In this document: positions 54,321 to 64,000 of the stretch, in pieces
Layout: each line of letters begins with the position of its first letter
Numbering within the stretch: position 1 is the first letter of the stretch
Origin: Octopus vulgaris
Lineage: Eukaryota
Direction: 5' to 3'
Length of the DNA: 64,000 nt
NCBI GenBank assembly: GCA_951406725.2
Contig: OX597830.1
Location: 44,640,001 to 44,704,000 of the forward strand
The notes under the pieces: generated by a model
Told to the model about the DNA's origin: nothing
The model's input: only the letters and a program-made list of their open reading frames with translations
Databases searched by the model: none
Program-made: the position numbers and the translations under genes

Positions 54321-57300
54321 TTGTCAGGTCTCCGCTTGGAGCTACTGGTAACATGTAACCCAGTACAACCTGTTACATGGTCGGGTCGTTGGCGACTAAA
54401 CTGGCAACCCCACCAAGATTTCTTGGTGAGGAGGGTGATTTGGACACCCAGCAGGACTAAAAACAAAACCTGTCAAAGGGCAGAGGAACTCTCTCATGAG
54501 TCAATGGCCATCCAAAATCGGGAGTGGAGCCCCTAAGGCGGTTGGAGTGCGCCATGCGTGCCACCTTCCGGCATCTCCTGCATCTTGGTCTACCCCCAGT
54601 CGTCTTGACTTTGTCTTGCCACTGGATCCGGCGCACCAGGACGAGAGAGTGAGGCTGATCCTGCGCAAGTCACCCTCACTATAATCCAAGTCACGCACAT
54701 GTCACGACATCATGACGTCATGACACCATCCCAAAGTCCTGTGGCGATGGGGAAACGGCGAAGTAGCAGGTGAGGATACACTGGGAGCTGCAGTCGTGAA
54801 CCCACACACAGGCGGCTCAGGACATGTGGTCGCCCCTCACTGAACTGAGGCAGCAGTGGAGTCCGGCAGCCTCCTGAGTGACCGAGCAGCCCTCTTCAGG
54901 ATCGCTCTGCTCGCCTCCCCAGCATGAGGACGGGGCTAGAAAAGGTTGCCCTAAACATAGCCTGCCTCACCTCACCCTGGTCAGCAAACCGCGGCTGGCG
55001 GGGATCCTTTCCAAGCGGTCGAAACAAAGAAAGAAGAAAACAAACAAAGGTGCTCACTTTCGCAACTTGGAACGTAAGAACTCTGCTTGATAACACCAAA
55101 GCGGACAGACCAGAGAGACGAACTGCCCTGGTGGCCAGAGAACTGAGCCGATACAGTATCGATATTGCAGCACTGAGCGAGACCCGCCTTGCGGACAAAG
55201 GCCAGCTGACAGAGACAGGCGGCGGCTACACTTTCTTTTGGAGTGGTCGCAGCAGCGAAGAGCGTCGTGAGGCTGGTGTTGGCTTTGCCATTAAGTCAGT
55301 ACGTGCGGAAACTGGAAAGCCCCCCCCCCCACGAGATTATCAATGATCGGCTGATGAAGATGCAGCTCCCACTTGGAAACAAGACTAGTGCGACCATCAT
55401 CAGTGCTTACGCCCCCACCATGACCAACCCTGAAGAAGTTAAGGACAGGTTCTATGAGGAACTCGACTCCCTCATCACGTCAGCCCAGCCTGGGAAGCTC
55501 ATCCTCCTTGGGGATTTTAACGCCCGTGTCAGGACTGACCACCAAGCCTGGCATTGCGAACTGGGAAAGCAAGGAATCGGAAAGTGCAACAGCAACGGAC
55601 AGCTCCTCCTGCGTGCGTGTGCCTCTCATGATCTTACCATCGCCAACACCTTGTTCCGTCTGCCAACACGCAACAAGACATCATGGATGCATCCACGCTC
55701 CAAACACTGGCATCTGATAGATTACGTCATCGTCAGGGCGAAAGACAGGCGGGACGTGAGACTGGTCAAAACCATGTGCGGAGCTGACTGCTGGACGGAC
55801 CATCGCCTCATCATCTCCAGGATGGATTTCTACATCCGACCTAAGAGAAGACCACAGGGTCAGAAAGTGACGAGGAAGCTTAACATCACGAAATTAAAGA
55901 ACCAGCTGACTGCACAAGATCTCCAGTCACGTATGGACAGCAAGCTGTTGGACATTCGGAGTGACCAGTCCAGCATCGATGAGCAGTGGGAATCATTCAG
56001 GGACACGGTTCATTCCATCGCCCTTGAAACTCTGGGCCAAGTTACGAGGAACCACCAGGACTGGTTCGACGAAAACGACCAGGAAATCCAAAAGCTCCTG
56101 GAAGAGAAACGCCGTCTGCTGCGGGCTCACCAAAATGACACCACCTGCACGGCAAAGAAGGCCGCTTTCAACAGCATTCGCAGCACAGTCCAGGCTAAAC
56201 TCCGCCTCATGCAAGACGCATGGTTAAGCGCCAAGGCGGATGAGATTCAGGGATACGCAGACAAACACGACACCAAGAAATTCTACGAGGCGCTGAAAGC
56301 TGTCTATGGACCGCAGTTCTCCTTTGGATCAACCCCCCTGCTCAGCTCGGATGGAACTTCACTCCTGACTAACAAGAGGCTGATCCTGGAGAGATGGGCG
56401 GAGCATTTCAACATCGTGCTCAACCGACCAGCCCAGATCAACGAGGAAGCCATCGCACGACTCCCCCAGGTGCCGACAAACCACGAGTTGGCTGTTCCCC
56501 CTGCAGTCGAGGAAGTGAGCAGAACCATCAAAAAAATGTCCACCGGCAAAGCTCCAGGCTCTGACGCCATCACTGCAGAGGTGTTCAAGTCGGGCGGCCC
56601 CACCATGATCAGTCAGCTCACCAGCCTGTTCCAGTCGATGTGGGACAGGGAACAACTCCCTCAAGATTTCCGGGACGCAACAATCGTCCACATTTATAAG
56701 CGGAAAGGAGATCGGCAGTCCTGTGACAACCACCGAGGTATTTCCCTTTTGTCCATAGCAGGCAAGATCCTGGCCCGGGTCCTGCTTGACCACCTTCTGG
56801 AATACTTGGAGCAAGGCCTTCTCCCTGAGAGCCAGTGTGACTTCCGCGCGGGTCGAGGGACCACTGACCTGATATTCGCCGCCCGCCAGCTCCAGGAGAA
56901 ATGCATGGAGCAGCACCTTGACCTCTGCATGACCTTTGTTGACCTCACCAAGGCCTTTGATACAGTCAGTCGGGAGGGACTATGGAAGGTCATGGGAAAA
57001 TTTGGTTGCCCCAGCAAATTTATTGCAATTGTCCGCCAGCTCCACGACGGAATGACAGCCAGAGTCCTTGAAGACGGCAACTCATCTGAAGCCTTCCAGG
57101 TGACCAACGGAGTCAGACAGGGCTGTGTCCTGGCCCCAACACTGTTCAGCATCATGTTCTCGGCAATGCTGTCCGACGCCTTTAGGGACTGCAAGTCCGG
57201 TATCGACATCAAGTACAGGACAGACGGGAAACTTTTCAACTCCAGAAGATTGCAGGCTGTCACAAAGGTGAGGGAGACAGTCGTCAGAGACTTTCTCTTT

Positions 57301-58296
57301 GCTGACGACTGCGCCCTTAATGCAATCGATGAGCAGGAGATGCAGCTCGAGATGGACAGGTTCTCATCAGCCTGTGACAACTTCGGTCTCACCATCAGTG
57401 CCAAGAAAACCGAAGTGATGTTTCAGCCAGCCCCCGGCAAACAATACCATGAGCCTCAGATAAGGGTGAACGGACGGATCCTACGAGTGGTGGAAAACTT
57501 CACCTACCTGGGCAGCACTCTCTCCTGCAATGCCAACATAGATGCTGAAACCATCAACAGAATCTCCAAGGCAAGCAGCGCGTTTGGGAGACTGCGAAAG
57601 AGAGTCTGGGAGCGGAGAGGAATCAGCCTCAACACCAAGCTGAAAGTCTACCGGGCAGTCGTGCTTACCACCCTACTATACGGCTGCGAGACGTGGACTG
57701 CTTACCGAAGGCACGAGCGCCAGATAAACCACTTCCATCTCAGGTGTCTTCGGAACCTCCTTCACATCCGCTGGCAGGACAAAGTCCCAGACACGGAAGT
57801 TCTGAAGCAGGCAGATCTCCCTAGCACCATCACAATCATGCGCAAGGCCCAGCTGAGATGGGCGGGCGACGTCTCCCGTATGTCCGACACTCGCATCCCA
57901 AAACAGCTCTTCTACGGTGAACTCGGCCAGGGCAGGCGCAAAGTCGGAGGGCAGAAGAAGCGCTACAAGGATAGTCTCAAGGTCTCTCTCAAAGACTTCT
58001 CCATCGGAACAGAGACCTGGGAGACACTTGCTGCCAACCGCTCATCCTGGCGCAGCGCAATCACCGTGGGAGCAGGGACAGCCGAGGAGGGATGGATTCG
58101 GTCAGCGGAGCAGAAACGTCAGATGCGTAAAGCCAGAGCCGCCTGCACCAGTAGCACGGCCCCTACCCACTTCTGCCCCACCTGTGGGAGGGGCTTCCTT
58201 GCCCGGATTGGGCTCACCAGCCACCTCCGGTCTCATGGCGCCAGTTCCATCAGATGATGTCAGTTGGTCATCTTCGAACCGAAGGACGAACATTAT
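54321..58296 (+). mobile_element. Near full-length RTE-clade LINE (RTE/BovB-like)
   Basis: ~600-bp 5'UTR, APE endonuclease plus RT, short 3'UTR and (ATT)n tail. Candidate TSD tattactactgct at 54303 and 58297. Sharp rise in GC content. Confidence 0.95.
54924..58257 (+). CDS. RTE LINE polyprotein (APE endonuclease, RT, C-terminal C2H2 finger) with one frameshift at ~55295
   Basis: ATWNVRTL, IAALSETR, LGDFNAR, HWHLIDY, WTDHRL, FVDLTKAFD, GVRQGCVLAP, FLFADD and CPTCGRGFLARIGLTSHLRSH. Confidence 0.93.
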
Positions 58297-58719
58297 TATT
58301 ACTACTGCTGCTATCAGAATTTACTGCTGCTACTACTACTGCTACAATTAGAAACATACAAGTTGACGATGACACCGAGATGTTTTTCCCCGTGTCTGAA
58401 TTATACCGGTGGCAGCAATGAAAAATCCCTTTCTTTTTCTTTGTTGGGAGAAAAGAGAATTTAGAGTAAAAACAAACCCTCAGCCCTCCCTCCAGCGTAT
58501 AAATTACTTTAAAAAGTAATATTTTAAAAGGGAAAAACGTGAGGAAAAAAAAAACAAAAAAATTAATTAACGATAGACAAAAACATGTGCATTCTCGCAC
58601 ATAAACACATTATTCACACATATACAAACATACTCAGACGTAAATATTGAAGTACTAAATGGCACGTCAAATGATATTTAACCGTGTGGAACATTTTACA
58701 TGCATATCAATATTCTAAA

Positions 58720-61700
58720 GTTGGACCTACTATTCCTTATCCTAAAGCTGCTTCAGACAACTAGGAAGGGTTCCTGCCTCATTTCACCGTCTGCTTTCAA
58801 TCTTGAATTGTGATTCGGTTCAGCCCAAACTCTCTCAGATTTTGTCTGCTGTTGCCTACTCCTACAAGGATTGCAGCTGATTTTGTTCCTGCTTTAAACT
58901 CAGATTTATCCTAGAGCCCATAGAAGATTGTTTTTGGCCAACCATCTATCATGTCAGCTACCTACAGATCGAAACTGAGATCTGCGAGAAGGGCTTCTCA
59001 TCAGGATGATGGTCCTACCAACGGTCATCTCAACGAGCAGTTGCTGTTGCTCAAACAAGAGGTCGAGCACCTAAAGTCTGTTGTTGCTCATTTACTGAAT
59101 AAACAGTATCCTATTGACGCAGAGCCAACCTTGATTTCTTCCCTGGAGACGTCCAAACCGAAGGGAACAAAATCGAAGCGGCCAAAGAAGGCGAAGGAAC
59201 CGGCGGTCATTTCCGCACATGATCGTTCCTGTGCAGATTCTTCCTCATCTGCCTTTTCGGTCCCGGGGGTTCCCCAACCTAATTTGAGGAGCGTAAACTC
59301 AAACCCACCTGAAGACCGTTGTTCTCCCAAAAAGAAGAAACGTAGTCAAAACTCCAGTGGGGCAGATTTAGCTACGAAACCTGCTCACAATAAAATCTGT
59401 TTGGATTCTCCCTCACTTGTCCTTCCCATTAATGCCATTGCTCAACCAATTCTGAACGATCTTGACGTGAGTTCATCTGGGGAGTGGTGCTCCCCCAAAC
59501 CGAAGAAGAGGCAGTGCAGTTCCAAACCAGGCGGGAAAGTTATGACCACTAAACCCATTCCGATCGATCCCAAAGGCCGACATTAGTCTGATGGCTATGA
59601 AACCACCCTTTCGAAATCATCCAACAAAGAATCGAATGCCGCAGCTCATAGTAGAGAACAGAAAGACCATTTTGCCCACTCAAGATCAGCAATCATTTAT
59701 GGTAAAGCTGAATCCACCTGTGATACAGGCATAAACCGCCTTAAAGAAGACATAAAATTTTGTTTCCGTTTTAGTTGGAGAATTGTTCTCTGTCAACGAA
59801 AATGTCAGTATCCATAAGGTCGCTCGGCTAGGACGATTCCAAGCGAACTCAACCTCAGACACTAGACCACGCCCAATAAGAGTAATCTTTTCTTCCGATC
59901 AGGAGGCTTCAACCTTTCTGAATAGAGCTCAGATGCATGCCTGGGAGGACCCCAATATGGGTTTTCGCGAGGAATACTCACTGAGAGAGAGAATTCGCCG
60001 GAGAAACCTAATATCCGAACTGAAGATGAGAAAACAGATAGGAGAGAAGGGTTTACGCATCCAAGATGGACAAATAATCAAGTCCTACCTCTCGTCGCAT
60101 GCTGTAGTGCTGACAGGGAAAGTGAATTGAGGGCGAATTGAAGTAAAGTAGATACCCCCGTCAACGATGCTATCTCTGATACCCCTTATTCTGCTTGTTC
60201 CCCAATTCCCGCCCCTCAAACTTCACAGCTCAACATCGTCTATACCAACTCGTGCTCCTTATTTCCAAAGTTCAGCGAACTATTTACACTGGTCATGCGT
60301 GATTCCCCTGATGTGATAGCTATCACCGAGACTTGGCTGACTCCAGCAGTAAAGGACTCAGAAATCCACCTACAGGGCTACGCCCTCTTCAGATGTGACA
60401 GAAAAAAGGCGAGGTGGAGGTGTTGCTGTGTATGTTAAATCTGATCTCAAACCGTCCAGCGGTATTCTACCCACTAATGCTCAACCTACAACAAAATTCG
60501 ATGCCGTCTATTGCAAGCTGAACCTACCCGGGTTTTGCCTGCTCGTGTTAGCTGTCTACAGGCCGCCTCTTGCCGACCCCCAGGACGATGCTCATTTACT
60601 CGAAGCGATAAGATTCGTTTCAGCTTCTCATGACTGTTTGATATTAGGAGACATCAACGCTCCCACGATCGATTGGCCCGCATCAATTTGTACATCATCT
60701 TCCCGGTTCGGCCAGGCCCTTCTTGACGTGGCTGAAGATTGTTTTCTATCGCAACATGTTGAATATCCGACAAGGCATCGGTCTGGGCAGCAGCCATCTA
60801 TGCTGGATCTGGTATTCTCCCGCTATCCAAGATCAGTGTCAGACGTATGTGTGCGCCCCTCTTGCCAAGAGTGATCATGCGGTCCTGAAGTTCGTCATGC
60901 ACACAACTTTTTCTACGCCCACGACTACTTCGCTGCCACGTAGTGTCTTCTCTGCAATTAATCTTGAAATTCTAACCGAGGCTTCCGCGCTTCTGGACTG
61001 GCGATCCCTGATGACGTTGTCCTCAGTTGACGAACTATGGTCATCCCTCAAAGCATATGCAATCCGGTTGACTGACCAGGCAGTTCCCGTTGGGCTTCCC
61101 AAGAAAAAGGAACACAAGCCCTGGGTGACGAAGAAGGTTAAACGAGAACTTCGACTCTGAGATATTGCTTGGGCGGAATTCAAAAATCTGGATTCGACTG
61201 CAGCTTTTGAGGTGTACAAAACTCAACGAGACCGAGCCGTGAAAATTGAAAAGGAAGAACGCTTCAGATATGAATACAAAATCGCGGCAAACGCCAGTAG
61301 CAATCCAAAAACCTTCTTTGCCCACGTCCAACAGAATTCCCGCTTAAACAACCAAATTGCAACGTTGGTAGACTCAACAGGCGTATCGATTGAGGACCCT
61401 TATCAACAGAGTCAATTATTTGCCGAGGCTTTTTCAACTATTTTCAAACAAGATGATGGTCGTGAACCCCCTCCATTTGATAGATCGGTACCTCCAATGC
61501 TTCGATTGGTCATCACGCGGGACGAAGTCGAACGCGTTATTCAAGGCCTCGATGTCAACAAGGGTCCCGGCCCTGACGGCATACACCCACGGGTTATCAA
61601 AGCGTTGGCTCCGGTCATCTGCGAGCCCTTAACACGTCTATTCAATATGTCATTGGCGATGGGTGTTATACCTGCGGACTGGAGAACAGCGATAATCTGC

Positions 61701-63121
61701 CCAATTTTCAAGAAAGGGAGCCGCGAAGACCCGCTTAACTACCGACCGGTTTCCCTTATCAATAATCAGCAAGATGTTCGAAACCATCCTTAAGAAAAGT
61801 ATGATATTCCACCTCCAAAACACACCCTCTATCTCTGATTTCCAACACTGCTTCGTGCCGAAGAGATCATGCTTGAACAACTTACTGGTAATGGAAGAAT
61901 TGGTGACGCGCATCCTCGATGATAGTGATGCTGTTGACATCGTTTTATTGGACTTTCCCAAAGCTTTTGACTCGGTAAACCACCGCCTATTACTTGTCAA
62001 GCTTCAAGCATATAGTTTCCATCCGGATATTGTACGATGGGTTGGTGCCTTCCTCTCAGATCGCTCTTTCCAAGTCCAAGTTAATGGTTCGCGGTCCGAC
62101 GTCTCCAGTGCGAGCTTTGGCGTGCCTCAAGGTTCAGTGCTTGGGCCCTTATTGTTCTTAGTCTTCATAAATGACTTGCCCGACGATCTCACGCAACACA
62201 CCCTTCTATTTGCCGACGATGTCAAACTGGTCGCTCCTCGCGGTGATATAGAGGATCTTCGTCGATGCCTCCACCAAATTTGGAAATGGTCTAACGAATG
62301 GGACCTGTGTCTGAACGTGTCAAAGTGCTGTCATCTGCCTGTTGGCTCTCCTCCTGCAACTTAACTTGATTTCGAGCCGGGTCGTCTGCTGCTGGAGAGG
62401 ACCGACCAGGTAAAGGACCTGGGTATCTTGGTGGATTCCTCCTTTTCGCCTTCGGCCCAGTGCGTCCATGCTGCCAACAAAGCACGCGGAATTCTATTCT
62501 TGATTCGACGGTCATTCGGAATGCTCACAGCAGCCATATTCCTACCGCTCTATATCACGCTGGTGAGACCCATATTGGAGTACGGGATTCAAGCCTCTTC
62601 TCCTTATCTCCTCAAAGACATACAGCATCTCGAAAGAGTCCAGAAGCTGGCTACCCGCATGGTTCTTGGTCTCAAAAATTTGTCTTATGAAGAAAGGCTG
62701 AAGACGCTCGACCTTTATTCTCTAGAAAAACGACGACGCCGTGGAGATCTCATTCTTGCTCACAACATCATAAGCGGAAAGTGTAACCTCTCGAAAGAGC
62801 TGTTCTTCACTCCTGCTCCAGAGCGTCGGCTGCAGGGTCATTCCGAAAAGCTCTATCAGCGACGATTTCATCTCAATCGAAGGAGAGGGGCTTTCTCCGT
62901 CCGGGTTGCGGATCCGTGGAATAAGCTGCCAGAAAAGATGGATCCGTGGAATAAGCTGCCAGAAAAGATGGTGAAGATGCCGACGACCGCTCGGTTCAAA
63001 GTCTCCCTTGACCTCAAGTGGCCTGAACTCTTTACATGAACACCACCTTGTACATAACTCCATGTCCCCTACATGGCCTTGCTTTTTGCTTTTTGAGCCA
63101 AAAAATTAACTAACTAACTAA
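58720..63121 (+). mobile_element. CR1-clade LINE, near full-length, with ORF1 and ORF2 disrupted; 5' end approximate
   Basis: ORF1 remnants 58951-60130 (coiled coil, RLGR..PRPIRVIF), ORF2 with APE and RT, and a 3' (TAAC)n tail at ~63107-63121. Confidence 0.9.
60200..63039 (+). pseudogene. CR1-type ORF2 (APE endonuclease and RT) with several frameshifts
   Basis: IAITETWL, GGGVAVYVK, LGDINAP, SDHAVL, GPGPDGIHP, NYRPVSL, DFPKAFDSV, GVPQGSVLGP, LFADD, LERVQKLATRMV and LSYEERL. In-frame 30-bp tandem duplication at 62911-62970. Confidence 0.9.
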
Positions 63122-63346
63122 TACAGAATATCATTTCAAAATTGGTACAGTCAGTAAAAAAGAAGTAAAGAAGTAAAAAGTGTTCAGACTTGAGGGTGAA
63201 CTATAGCTATGCTTTTTTCTATCTATTTATAGACAAGCAGACAATGAATGATATTTTTAATGTTAATATACATTTTCACAATCCCTTCTATGAACTCTAC
63301 CTAACTTAGTTTTCTACCAAATTATATGTAGTTAAGTTCATTATTT

Positions 63347-63392
<46 letters not shown>

Positions 63393-64000
63393 ATGTATAC
63401 AAAACAATTCAGAAGGATCTGAGTAAAGTAGTTTTGGGTTCATCATCATCATCATTTAACATCCATGTTCCATGCTGGCATGAGTTGGTCATGGTAATTA
63501 GACAGAACATAAGAAGTAGAAAGGTTACATTCTCAGGTATAATGACTCAACAATAGATAATGCACATTTCTATGTATTAATCATTTCAAGCAGTTATATT
63601 TTATATATGTACAAGTGAATTAATCATATTAATAACATCTCTCCTTTTTGTGTTACTTCCCATATCTCTTTCCCAGTTTTCAGAGTTGGCACTATAAATG
63701 TAAGCACATTGAAAAGCAGGTGTAGCGGGATTGAAGAGATGCTTGAACAGGCAAAGAACATAGGTATAAACCCTTCTGGAAATGTAATAGTGACTGAATA
63801 AGGGATGTAGGTATACTTCTTGCAGAAACATAGGTGGATAAGGCCGTAGAGGTAGCGAGGGTGTGCGAGAAAATACTTAAACTCAGGCTAGTCTTGCAGA
63901 ATGGTATAGCTACAATTATCTCCGCCTACCCCCACAAGCGGGCCTACCAAATGAACAGAATTATCTCTTTTATGATATTCTTCTGCATGCTACCTCAAAG

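Noticed and set aside
54720-54775. Possible HDV-like ribozyme in the RTE 5'UTR (hairpin followed by ggcgaa)
   Set aside because: I could form only a simple hairpin; P1/P1.1/P2/P3 could not be assigned.
56304-57404. Long antisense ORFs (185 and 236 aa)
   Set aside because: Shadow ORFs of the GC-rich RTE coding strand.
58360-58395. Candidate 36-nt minus-strand exon (ttcAG..|GTatgt)
   Set aside because: Weak polypyrimidine tract, no paralogy, and no phase constraint to test it.

Overview
AT-rich, microsatellite-dense animal genomic DNA. The SINE and Penelope repeat families resemble those of a cephalopod such as Octopus, which is an inference. Most listed ORFs are microsatellite or antisense artefacts. 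The ORF track misses a minus-strand chain of nine micro-exons (44-70 nt) between 38983 and 397. All have canonical AG/GT sites and strictly alternating phases (0->2, 2->0), and they splice into one stop-free Ser/Thr/Glu-rich reading frame. A recent ~9-10 kb tandem triplication (~4.9-30.1 kb) copied a 59+70 nt exon pair, giving three 43-aa repeats. Older copies of the same module lie at ~31-39.8 kb and ~0.4-0.75 kb, where flanking intron is better conserved than the exons. The rest is transposon-derived: a near-intact RTE LINE, a CR1-type LINE, a Penelope element with 380-bp inverted pseudo-LTRs carrying U3:A8 variant hammerhead ribozymes, other Penelope remnants, mariner, Dong/R4, L1/Tx1 and Helitron fragments, MITEs, tRNA-derived SINEs and a ~1.4-kb fold-back inversion.
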